Shown here: positions 41,299 to 50,133 of the stretch, one piece after another | Layout: each line of letters opens with the position of its first letter | Numbering within the stretch: the stretch's first letter is position 1 | Source of the DNA: Candidatus Brocadiales bacterium | Lineage (GTDB): Bacteria; Planctomycetota; Brocadiia; Brocadiales; Bathyanammoxibiaceae | Length of the DNA stretch: 54,776 bases | Reading direction: 5' to 3' | Assembly (NCBI GenBank): GCA_046758865.1 | Contig: JBHIBD010000005.1 | Span: 1-54,776, forward strand | The notes under the pieces: model-generated | Database searches by the model: none | What the model was told of the DNA's origin: nothing | The model's input: the letters and a program-made list of their open reading frames with translations, nothing else | Made by a program: the position numbers and the translations under genes

Positions 41299-43080
41299 AT
41301 GAAATTTATAAGACCTTTTGGAGCATTATTAGTTTTATCCCTACTCCTTGGGCTACCAGGCGGAGGCCTAATGGCATCGGAGGGAGCGTCAGGGGAGGAG
41401 ACCAAGGCCGCCGGGTCTGCCTCTTATGCAGCACCTACACAGCCCTCACAGGCCGGAGAGGAGCCTGGGGAGCTATATCCGACCGAGTTGGAGAAAAAGT
41501 GGTATGAGGAGCCTGTCGGTCTCGAGAAGGGCAGCGGGCCGTGGATGGATCTTTATAAGCCTCCGGCCATGCACATGTATTGGTTTCCCAGAAGGCACTA
41601 CGTAAGGCCCGATGGCACATATTACGACCAGCTCTTGGAGAAGTATAAGGCAAATGAGTGTGTTAAGTGTCACGAGGAGGTAAGCCCTGGTATTGTCAAT
41701 GACTGGAGGAAATCCACCCATGCCAATCCCAAGAAGAACGACTACTTTGCCACTAAGACCAGAGATATAGAGAAGCGATTGAATGAAGAGCTGAAGGAGG
41801 TGGACTGTAGTTGGTGTCATGGGAAGGACCATAAAGAACTCAAGATGCCTACCTCCCGCACCTGTGGTGATTGTCACGTTCAGCAGTTTAACGAGTTTCT
41901 AACCGAAAAGGGATTTGGCAGGCCAAACCATACGGATACTACGGGGGCCAACGTCATAGTCCCCTGGTATCCAGAGCTGTACAGGATGGGTATCGGCCAG
42001 ATGCAGTTTGGCTGCGACTACTGTCACGCCACCTCGGATAAGTGTGATATTTGCCACACCAGGCACGCCTTCCGCGCATCCGAGGGGAGGAGACCTGAGG
42101 CCTGTATGAGCTGTCACATGGGCTACGACCACCCTGATGCTGAGTCCTACGGCGAGTCCAAGATGGGCTACATCTATCACATGGAAGGACATGACTGGGA
42201 CTTTAACAAGCCCCTCTCAGAGGTGGTTCCTGGCAAGGATTATCGTAGCCCCACCTGCCAGTTCTGCCACATGTATTCTGTTGACGGGAAATACACCCAT
42301 AACGTCGTATCCAAGGGTATCTGGCGTATGGGCACTGTGCCACCCAAAGGTATGGAGTTCAAGTCGTCACTTAAGGACTATCCCTATGGGATAAAGCTCC
42401 CACCCCTGGACTACAAGCTGGACATATATGGCCCAGAGAGCAAGAAAAAGAGGGAGAAGTGGATAGAGGTATGCTCTAACTGCCATAGCCCTCGTTGGGC
42501 GAGGCTATATCTGGAAAACCTGGATGACGTTATGTTCCAGGTTTGGACCTTGCAGGACAGGGCGCAAAAGGTCATTGAAGACGTGATTGCCGCTGGCGCC
42601 CTTGACCCAGGTCCAGAGGACAGGGCCATATTCCCGCTGGGCGATGTGCTTGCGGACGCCCTCGGCCCAGGGTTGCTTGGCGAACCGGTCTACAACGCCG
42701 TTAAACAGACAGGCGGTAAGCTCCCCGTGCTGGGGCCTATCCTGGGTGTCTATGGTGTGTTCTATCCCGGAAAGTACAACCCCTCCAAGATAGAGAGGTG
42801 GTACACCGACATGTGGTTCGGTGATAAGGCGTTTGTATACAAAGGAACCGCCCACGTGCAGCAGGACATCTCCTGGTGGTATGGTTCTTCTAAGGTCTTC
42901 GAGAAACTGGCGTATATTGAGAGTGAGGCACGCCACCTAATGAGGGCCAAGGACACCGACCGTCTCCTCAAGGAGAAGGGTAGGTTCAAGAGCATGCCTT
43001 CACTGGGTCTTATCATGGTCGGCCTTGCCGGCGTGGTATTTGGTGCTGGTGTCATCATGAGGAGGAAGAAGCAGCAGTAA
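41299..43080 (+). CDS. hao: Octaheme hydroxylamine oxidoreductase-like protein, probably reductive type
   Basis: Eight CxxCH motifs with HAO-type spacing (CDYCH..CDICHTRHAF..CMSCHMGYDH..PTCQFCHM..CSNCHS), signal peptide, C-terminal TM; ATG 41299 follows SD AAGGAG. Confidence 0.9.
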   Translation: MKFIRPFGALLVLSLLLGLPGGGLMASEGASGEETKAAGSASYAAPTQPSQAGEEPGELYPTELEKKWYEEPVGLEKGSGPWMDLYKPPAMHMYWFPRRHYVRPDGTYYDQLLEKYKANECVKCHEEVSPGIVNDWRKSTHANPKKNDYFATKTRDIEKRLNEELKEVDCSWCHGKDHKELKMPTSRTCGDCHVQQFNEFLTEKGFGRPNHTDTTGANVIVPWYPELYRMGIGQMQFGCDYCHATSDKCDICHTRHAFRASEGRRPEACMSCHMGYDHPDAESYGESKMGYIYHMEGHDWDFNKPLSEVVPGKDYRSPTCQFCHMYSVDGKYTHNVVSKGIWRMGTVPPKGMEFKSSLKDYPYGIKLPPLDYKLDIYGPESKKKREKWIEVCSNCHSPRWARLYLENLDDVMFQVWTLQDRAQKVIEDVIAAGALDPGPEDRAIFPLGDVLADALGPGLLGEPVYNAVKQTGGKLPVLGPILGVYGVFYPGKYNPSKIERWYTDMWFGDKAFVYKGTAHVQQDISWWYGSSKVFEKLAYIESEARHLMRAKDTDRLLKEKGRFKSMPSLGLIMVGLAGVVFGAGVIMRRKKQQ

Positions 43081-43114
43081 GAAGGTCGCCGTTTGTAGAC
43101 CAAGCTGAATGAAT

Positions 43115-43150
43115 AAAAAAGCCCCAGGCATACCTGCCTGGGGCTTTTTT
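43115..43150. terminator. Bidirectional intrinsic terminator
   Basis: AAAAAA-GCCCCAGGCA-TACC-TGCCTGGGGC-TTTTTT. Confidence 0.9.
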
Positions 43151-43241
43151 ATTGTGCCCGACTGGCATCTTACCACCCAGAAACCACTTATCTCTTACAG
43201 TATTGCTTTAACCTTAGCATCTATGATAGGATGCCAGAATC

Positions 43242-43760
43242 GTGGAAAAGGTAGGGACAGTACAGGTATATACAGGCGACGGGAAGGGGAAGACCACGGC
43301 CGCTATGGGCCAGGCCATACGCGCCTTGGGACACGGGCACAGGGTACTGGTGGTCCAGTTTCTCAAGGGAAGGCCAAGCGGCGAGGTGAAGGTGTTGGAG
43401 GGTATGGAGAACGTTACCATTGAGCGTTTCGGCTCATCTCGCTTTGTATGCGGTAACCCCACCCCAGAGGACATAGAGCTGGCGAAGAAGGGCTTCGAGA
43501 AGGCGAGAGAAGCCGTGCTCTCCGGTGGGTACGACCTGGTAATCCTTGACGAGATAAATTTACTCATTGATTACAATATGCTGGACGTTAGGCAGGTAGT
43601 GGAACTTATAAGGGAGAGGCCGAAGGGGGTGGAGCTTATTTTAACGGGGCGCAATGCCCATCCACAGGTGGTTGAGGCGGCAGACCTTGTGAGCGAGATA
43701 AGGGCCGTAAAGCATTACTATAAAAAGGGCGTTGGGGCGAGGCCTGGGGTTGAGTACTGA
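43242..43760 (+). CDS. cobO: Cob(I)yrinic acid a,c-diamide adenosyltransferase (CobO/BtuR family)
   Basis: YTGDGKGKTTAA, QFLKG, VILDEI, ELILTGR, GVEY. Confidence 0.93.
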   Translation: MEKVGTVQVYTGDGKGKTTAAMGQAIRALGHGHRVLVVQFLKGRPSGEVKVLEGMENVTIERFGSSRFVCGNPTPEDIELAKKGFEKAREAVLSGGYDLVILDEINLLIDYNMLDVRQVVELIRERPKGVELILTGRNAHPQVVEAADLVSEIRAVKHYYKKGVGARPGVEY

Positions 43761-44520
43761 TAGAGAGATAGAGAAGACTGCCTCTATCATAAAAGGGTCG
43801 CAGGCCATAGTGTCGCTGACCGGGGCGGGTATCAGCACCTCGGCGGGCGTACCCGACTTTCGTAGCCCCGACGAGGGCCTGTGGCAGAAAGACCCCTCTA
43901 AGATGTGGCTCTTTACCGACGCGGGTTTTTCCAGTGACCCCAAGGGTTTTTACGAGTTTGGCAAGAAACTCCTTCCAAGATTTCAGGGTGCGAAACCTAC
44001 CTTGACACACCGTTTCCTCTCGTGGCTTGAGGGAGAGGGCAAACTAAAATGTGTAGTTACTCAAAATATAGACGGACTTCACCAGAAAGCGGGGTCAAAG
44101 AATGTGGTAGAGGTGCACGGTGGCTTGAGTACCGGAAGGTGTACCAATAATATGTGCGCAAAGGAGTTTACCCTGGAGGAGCTAGTAGAAAGAATAGAAG
44201 AGGAACTTCCACCTCAATGTCCTGACTGCCATGCGCTGATTAGGCCCAATATAGTCCTCTTTGGAGAGGCGCTTCCTGAAAGGTCGTATCAGAGGGCCCT
44301 TGAATTCCTAAAGCACTGCGACCTTCTTCTTGTTATGGGCTCTTCCTTAGTAGTTTATCCTGTGGCGGATATGCCTGGAATAGCGCTAGAAAATAGGGCC
44401 AAGCTCATCATAATAAACCTCCAACCTACGCAATACGACGCCCGTGCGGATGTCCTCATCCGCTCACCCCTGGACGTGGCCACTGAGAAGCTCGTAGAGG
44501 TATTAAGGATAACTTTATAG
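43750..44520 (+). CDS. cobB: NAD-dependent protein deacylase (sirtuin)
   Basis: TGAGIS, PDFRS, TQNIDGLHQKAG, EVHG, GSSLVVYP; start uncertain (43732 or 43750). Confidence 0.92.
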   Translation: MSTDREIEKTASIIKGSQAIVSLTGAGISTSAGVPDFRSPDEGLWQKDPSKMWLFTDAGFSSDPKGFYEFGKKLLPRFQGAKPTLTHRFLSWLEGEGKLKCVVTQNIDGLHQKAGSKNVVEVHGGLSTGRCTNNMCAKEFTLEELVERIEEELPPQCPDCHALIRPNIVLFGEALPERSYQRALEFLKHCDLLLVMGSSLVVYPVADMPGIALENRAKLIIINLQPTQYDARADVLIRSPLDVATEKLVEVLRITL

Positions 44521-44628
44521 GGGTGCTTGCAGGGCGGTATGTAACGGCCTTGAAGTTTTACGCCGAATATAATAATATTCATTTTAAGGACTTTAGTTTT
44601 AGGACACCCTTGTGAGGAGACTATATCC

Positions 44629-44874
44629 ATGGTTGATGTAAAGATATACACTACCCCTACATGCCCCTACTGCATGAAGGCCAAGGAGTATTTCAAGAAG
44701 AGAGGGGTTAAGTGCACGGAATACAACGTGGCTCAAGACAGGGAGGCCCTGCAGGAGATGATAAAACTTAGTGGTGGTAGAAGCGTTCCTGTCATAGCAG
44801 CAGGCGATGAGGTGATGATAGGTTTTGACCAGGAAAGACTTGACAAAATACTTGGAGAAGAAAAGAAAGGTTAG
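44629..44874 (+). CDS. Glutaredoxin-like (NrdH/YruB-type) protein
   Basis: YTTPTCPYC, SVPVI, IGFD. Confidence 0.9.
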   Translation: MVDVKIYTTPTCPYCMKAKEYFKKRGVKCTEYNVAQDREALQEMIKLSGGRSVPVIAAGDEVMIGFDQERLDKILGEEKKG

Positions 44875-44890
44875 GTGTACACCTTAATCT

Positions 44891-45814
44891 ATGAACCCGG
44901 AACACGAACTGCTGATAATCGGATGCGGCCCTGCTGCGATAACAGCGGCAATTTATGCCGCCCGTAAGAGGATTGATGTTCAGATAGTGAGTGCAGATAT
45001 TGGTGGGCAGGTTGCCACCACTTTTGGGATTGAGAACTATCCAGGTTTCCAATATATAACTGGCCCTGAGCTTGTGGAAAAGCTAAAGGAGCAGATGAAC
45101 CCGTTTGATATAGAGCAGCATATCGGAGAAGAGGTCACAAAGCTTTCCAGGATAGATGGTAATTTTGTGGCTGTCACCAAGTCTGGAAAGGAGCTCTCTG
45201 CTCAATCTGCTGTAATAGCAAGCGGTGCACACCCTCGGGAGTTGGGTGTTCCTGGTGAGGAACGATATCGTGGCAAGGGGGTTAGCTATTGTGCTACTTG
45301 TGATGCGCCCCTCTTTGCGGATGCAACTGTAGCGGTGGTCGGTGGTGGCAATTCTGCGCTTTCTGCTGCGTTTGAACTCTCAAGGATTGCCAGCAAGGTA
45401 TATCTTATCTCCCGCAGGCAATGGAGGGCAAATGAGGCCCCATTGATAGAGGGCGTGAAGGCATCTGCTAATATAGAGCCCATAATAGGTTACGTGGTTG
45501 AACAGATAGTAGGAGAGGAGATGGTCAAGGGGGTTACCATAAAGCCTCGGGAGGGCAACGGCAGAAAGAGCCTGACAATAGACGGCATGTTTATTGAAAT
45601 TGGTTTGAATCCAAACTCAGATTTTGCTAAAGGGCTTGTGGCGATTAACGAGTTTGGAGAAATAATAGTGGACTGCGACACCTCCACTGGGGTCCCAGGT
45701 CTCTTTGCTGCTGGTGATGTTACAAACGTTAAGGATAAACAGATTGTTATTGCCGCTGGCCAAGGTGCTCTGGCAGCCATGGGTGTGTTTGAGTATTTGC
45801 TAAGAAGACGTTAA
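44891..45814 (+). CDS. trxB: Thioredoxin reductase
   Basis: IIGCGPA, ENYPGF, GVSYCATCD, VVGGGNSA, FAAGDVT. Confidence 0.9.
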   Translation: MNPEHELLIIGCGPAAITAAIYAARKRIDVQIVSADIGGQVATTFGIENYPGFQYITGPELVEKLKEQMNPFDIEQHIGEEVTKLSRIDGNFVAVTKSGKELSAQSAVIASGAHPRELGVPGEERYRGKGVSYCATCDAPLFADATVAVVGGGNSALSAAFELSRIASKVYLISRRQWRANEAPLIEGVKASANIEPIIGYVVEQIVGEEMVKGVTIKPREGNGRKSLTIDGMFIEIGLNPNSDFAKGLVAINEFGEIIVDCDTSTGVPGLFAAGDVTNVKDKQIVIAAGQGALAAMGVFEYLLRRR

Positions 45815-45875
45815 ATAGTCCTGCCGCAGACGTTGCAGCATATTAATGTTATGAAACTTCTGAAGAAGTAATAAT

Positions 45876-45968
45876 GTAGGGACAGGGTCTTTAGACCTGT
45901 CCATAAGCAGATAGACCTGAAGGTCTGTCCCCACGAAGACTTGCTCTCCCCTCCCGTCAAGGGAGGGG
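45876..45968. repeat. GTAG-type REP pair plus CCCCTCCC hairpin
   Basis: GTAGGGACAGGGTCTTTAGACCTGTCC...AGACCTGAAGGTCTGTCCCCAC; CCCCTCCCGTCAAGGGAGGGG; same families as at 34.3-34.5 kb. Confidence 0.78.
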
Positions 45969-46010
45969 AAACAGGAGGCAAACCCATCGAGAGAGGAAAA
46001 AACACTGGTA

Positions 46011-46384
46011 GAAGCCCCTGAAAAAGTGTATGCCACTGCGCTGTCCCATTAAGGCATGGGGCACAAACCTTTAATTCCAGAAATTGTATCCTTATGAGAT
46101 GTTACTACTTACATGTCATTCCGCACTAGATGCGGAATGACGCTGCGTTTTCTGACTTGTGCAGAGGTCTCTGGTAGACAACGACCTTTATGGTCGTTGA
46201 TTTTCAACGAAGTAAACTTCGTTGTCTACCTGCTGCGTAAGTCATTCTGAGCGAAGCGAAGTCATGCCATAGGCAGATTCACCTCTGGCGAAAATCTCTA
46301 AAACACAAATTCTTTTCGCCTTAGCGGATTTCACTCCTTCAGAATGATCCGCATGAGGCGCATGCGGGGTTTCTCAGAGGTTTC
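46011..46384. repeat. Repeat cluster (GTCATT-family hairpins, GTAGACAACG REP pair, 32-bp element, GAGACC-like ends)
   Basis: GTCATTCCGCA..TGCGGAATGAC; 46173-46230 GGTAGACAACG..GTCTACC; GTCATTCTGAGCGAAGCGAA interrupted by GTCATGCCATAGGCAG..; GCAGAGGTCTC and CAGAGGTTTC ends. Confidence 0.75.
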
Positions 46385-46431
46385 ATTATCTCCTTTTGGT
46401 TTTTTTCCTATTGTGAAGGAACTTTTTTGTG

Positions 46432-49400
46432 ATGAAGATGCGGGATACTCATTCGCTTGAATTAAGGGACATAGTGCTGGGAGAAAAGATGGAGGAGTCC
46501 AGGATGTCCTCCATTCTCAGAGGCTGTGGATTTCAAGATACGAGACTTGCCCACAGGAATCTGAGGGCCCTCGCCGGAAACCGGCCACAGGGCGAACTCT
46601 TCCTGGAAATATTGCCTGTCTTTATGGACGCGTTGAGGGATTGCCCGGACCCTGATGCGGCCCTAAACAATATGGAGAGATTTAGTGAGGCCTGCTACAG
46701 CAGGATGAACCTGTATTCCTACCTGAGGCAAAATCCCTTGTCCATTTATATACTGGTAGGCCTGTTCGGTTCCAGTCAGTCATTTTCTAATACCCTGATT
46801 CGTAACCCGGAATACTTTTATTGGCTCTCGGGCCTCGATGAGAAAAAGAGGTTCAAGGGCAAGGACGAGCTGAGGAAGGAATTATTTTCTGAGTTGGAGA
46901 CGCTTCGGTCGTTTGATAGAAGGCTCAACACCCTACGAAGGTTTAAGCGGAGAGAGCTACTGCGAATAGGCCACCTTGATTTGGTGCTTGGTGTCTCACT
47001 TGTCTCTGTTACGAGGGCAATTTCAGACCTTGCAGAGGTAGAGCTACAGGCGGCCCTACGGGTTGCCCATGAGGAATTGAGGCAGAGGTATGGGATAGAG
47101 GAAAAAGACCCTGAGAAGATAGGTTTTATAGTCGTTGCCCTGGGTAAGCTGGGGGGTGAGGAGCTAAACTACAGCTCTGACATCGATATAATCTTTGTGT
47201 ATACCCCTGAGGGCCTGGGGCTGAAGGAAGCAGTCCCCACGGAATATTATCACAAGCTGGCAGAGCAGGTGGTATATTCACTAAGGACGAATACCAGCGA
47301 GGGTTACGTTTTCAGGGTCGATACCCGCCTTAGGCCGGAGGGGCGCTTTGGTCCCTTGGTAAGGTCACTTAATGCCTACTACAATTACTACCAGACCTCT
47401 GGCAGCACCTGGGAGAGGCAGGCTTTGATAAAGGCCAGGCCTGTGGCAGGGGATTTGAGCCTGGGTAAGGCATTTATAGAGAGTATCACGCCCTTTGTGT
47501 ATCAGAGATTCTTGAGGCTGGCTGAGATAAACGAGATAAAGGGGTTGAAGAGAAGGATGGAGGAGATGGTTGAGAAAAAGGGTGAGGCACACCTGGAGGT
47601 AAAATCGGGGTATGGGGGCATTAGAGATGTGGAATTTACGGTACAGTTCCTGCAGCTATTCCATGGGGGGCAGCATCCAGAGGTTAGGCATCACAACACC
47701 CTCCACTCCCTGGAGCTATTGGAGAAGGCAAGATGTCTTGAGTCCTACGAAAGGAAATCCCTGGAGGAGAGTTATGTATTTCTTAGGACGCTGGAGCATC
47801 GTCTCCAGACCATGCATGAGCTGAAGGTCCACAAGTTCTCTCCTGATATCGAAGAGCAGCGGAAACTTGCATTGAGGATGGGGTTTCGTGACACAAGATT
47901 GGCCGCGGCGCAGACAAGATTTCAGAAAGAACTGAGTAAGCATACAAAGAGGGCGAACCGTATACTCAACGACCTGTTCCACAATCTCTTCGGCAGGGAG
48001 GACGAGAGGTCTGCGCCAGAGGTGAACCTGATTCTGGACCCTGAGCATACAGACGAGCAGATGGAGAGTATGCTTACAAGATACAATTTTAAAGACCTGT
48101 CCAAGGCCCACCGCAACATAGACCTGCTTTCCAGGGAAACCCCTCCTCTTCATGATTCTCCCAGGACAAGGGCCTTCTTTGCCAGCATAGCATCCTCTCT
48201 CCTATCCATGCTTCGACAGGCTCCAGACCCTGATATGGCACTAAACAATTTGGAGCGTTGTACGGCCTCACTTGGCGCTAAGACCATCTTCTTCCAGATG
48301 CTTTCAGAAAATCCACAGGCCCTGGAGGTGTTTGTCGACCTGTGTGCGTGGAGTCAATTCCTGTCGGATATACTTATAAAGAATCCAGGCATGCTTGACC
48401 AGCTCATTGATTCCCTGATTATTGGTGAACACAAGGATACATGGCAGATGGTCAGCGAGCTCTCTTCCCTGATGGTGAACGCCCCGGATAAATTACGTTG
48501 CCTTCACGGGTACAAGAACCAGGAAATCCTGCGCATCGGGGTCAGGGATATACTGGGTAAGGCCGATATACGCACCACTATGGAAGACCTTTCAGGGCTA
48601 GCAGAGGCCATTCTCGTAAACGCCTTTCGCATGTGCTCGGATGGAGTTGAGTGGGAGGGTGGCGCCCCTTCCTTTGGTGTCCTTGCCATGGGCAAACTGG
48701 GTGGCAGGGAGATGAGTTACAGTTCAGACCTTGACGTGGTCTTTGTTTATAGGGAGGCAGAAAGGTCAAGGGTTGGGGTGTCGAACCAGCTTGCCGAGGT
48801 CTCGCACAGGTTGATGAAGGTCTTGGGAGAAATGACCGAATGGGGGACGCTGTACAGGATAGATACCAGACTTAGGCCGGAGGGCAGGGGCGGGATATTG
48901 GTAACGTCTCTGGAAAATTTTAGAAAGTATTACAGCAGTGAAGCGAAGCTGTGGGAGAAACAGGCCCTTACAAAGGCCAGGTGGATGGCGGGTGACGAGG
49001 GGCTTGGAAGGGAGATAATGGAGGCAGTGGAAGACTGTCTCTATACCAGAGAGTGGCGGCCGGAGATGATCAAGGATATAGGTGAGATGAGGGAGCGCAT
49101 GGAGCAGTCCACCACAGGAAAAGATATTAAGAGAGGGTTTGGTGGGATTGTTGATATAGAGTTTGTTGTGCAACTTCTTCAACTTAAATACGGTAGAGAT
49201 TATCCTAACATACGTGCCACAAACACCTTGAAGGCACTCCACAACATATATAACTCTCATCTCATGGAGGAGAGGCATTATAGGCCCCTTGTATCTGCAT
49301 ACGAATTCCTCAGGAGAGTGGAGAGCCGTCTGCGCATAGTACATGACATTACCCAAGACAAACTGCCTGAGTCACATGAGGCCTTAAGTAAGCTGGCCAA

Positions 49401-49533
49401 GAGATTGGGCTACTCCCCAGATGAATCCCCTCCACCAGCAGAGAGGCTCCTTAGAGATAATGAGGCCCACACCACCCTTACCCGCAGGATTTTTAGGGAG
49501 ATACTGGTTAAAGAGGGTGGTGCTACTGCTTGA
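46432..49533 (+). CDS. glnE: Glutamine synthetase adenylyltransferase/adenylyl-removing enzyme
   Basis: Two nucleotidyltransferase domains: LGKLGGEELNYSSDID..RVDTRLRPEG and MGKLGGREMSYSSDLD..RIDTRLRPEG; start uncertain. Confidence 0.93.
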   Translation: MKMRDTHSLELRDIVLGEKMEESRMSSILRGCGFQDTRLAHRNLRALAGNRPQGELFLEILPVFMDALRDCPDPDAALNNMERFSEACYSRMNLYSYLRQNPLSIYILVGLFGSSQSFSNTLIRNPEYFYWLSGLDEKKRFKGKDELRKELFSELETLRSFDRRLNTLRRFKRRELLRIGHLDLVLGVSLVSVTRAISDLAEVELQAALRVAHEELRQRYGIEEKDPEKIGFIVVALGKLGGEELNYSSDIDIIFVYTPEGLGLKEAVPTEYYHKLAEQVVYSLRTNTSEGYVFRVDTRLRPEGRFGPLVRSLNAYYNYYQTSGSTWERQALIKARPVAGDLSLGKAFIESITPFVYQRFLRLAEINEIKGLKRRMEEMVEKKGEAHLEVKSGYGGIRDVEFTVQFLQLFHGGQHPEVRHHNTLHSLELLEKARCLESYERKSLEESYVFLRTLEHRLQTMHELKVHKFSPDIEEQRKLALRMGFRDTRLAAAQTRFQKELSKHTKRANRILNDLFHNLFGREDERSAPEVNLILDPEHTDEQMESMLTRYNFKDLSKAHRNIDLLSRETPPLHDSPRTRAFFASIASSLLSMLRQAPDPDMALNNLERCTASLGAKTIFFQMLSENPQALEVFVDLCAWSQFLSDILIKNPGMLDQLIDSLIIGEHKDTWQMVSELSSLMVNAPDKLRCLHGYKNQEILRIGVRDILGKADIRTTMEDLSGLAEAILVNAFRMCSDGVEWEGGAPSFGVLAMGKLGGREMSYSSDLDVVFVYREAERSRVGVSNQLAEVSHRLMKVLGEMTEWGTLYRIDTRLRPEGRGGILVTSLENFRKYYSSEAKLWEKQALTKARWMAGDEGLGREIMEAVEDCLYTREWRPEMIKDIGEMRERMEQSTTGKDIKRGFGGIVDIEFVVQLLQLKYGRDYPNIRATNTLKALHNIYNSHLMEERHYRPLVSAYEFLRRVESRLRIVHDITQDKLPESHEALSKLAKRLGYSPDESPPPAERLLRDNEAHTTLTRRIFREILVKEGGATA

Positions 49534-50131
49534 GGCCGGAGGTTAATTCCTCAATTGGTACGACCCCAGCCAGGACCATGGCCATCAATATACCCCATAT
49601 GATAAATGCCGGTAGTATCGGGGCTGCTATGGCCCTGGTACTTGATAGGCTATGGACTAGCTTTCCTCCCAGCATTATAAGCACCAGAGTGTAGATGGTG
49701 GAAACGTACTGCCCCACCGACGGTATTATGGTTAAGAGGTTGGCTATAGAGCTGTATGCAAATATCCTGAAGGTGGCCTCGTAGCCGCCCGCGCCCTTCA
49801 GCAACTTGAATGAGCCGTGAAGAATAAGGGACCCTATAAGGAGACCAAATACCCAGAGGGCACCGAGCACAGGGGCCTTCTTTAGTGCGTCAGTTATTGA
49901 CTCACCCTCAGATTCCTGTCCAGTGGGATAGGGAAGCCCAGAAGCAACAAGGACCAGATTATAACTGAGAACTATGAAAAAGATGGCCAGAGAGAAGAGA
50001 AGTGGCTGGACATAACCGCCTGTTACCGGCATGTCCTTGAAAAAACTGTGCGGTCTTAATGCCACCCCCCTGCCGGTCTTAACGAGTCCTTCTATGAAAC
50101 CATAGAGGCCTTCTTGCCTTTCGTCAGACAT
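49523..50131 (-). CDS. YIP1 family membrane protein
   Basis: P.SFFKDMP..GGY..PLLF, GYEATFRIFAYS, about 5 hydrophobic segments. Confidence 0.75.
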   Translation of the reverse strand: MSDERQEGLYGFIEGLVKTGRGVALRPHSFFKDMPVTGGYVQPLLFSLAIFFIVLSYNLVLVASGLPYPTGQESEGESITDALKKAPVLGALWVFGLLIGSLILHGSFKLLKGAGGYEATFRIFAYSSIANLLTIIPSVGQYVSTIYTLVLIMLGGKLVHSLSSTRAIAAPILPAFIIWGILMAMVLAGVVPIEELTSGLKQ

Positions 50132-50133
50132 GA

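Noticed and set aside
43109-43423. 104-aa ORF after hao
   Set aside because: Runs through the terminator and overlaps cobO out of frame
44629-45814. Selenocysteine recoding in the redox proteins
   Set aside because: The CPYC and CATC motifs are complete, with no in-frame TGA
49523-49533. Convergent overlap of glnE and the YIP1 gene
   Set aside because: Short 3' overlaps are common and there is no further signal
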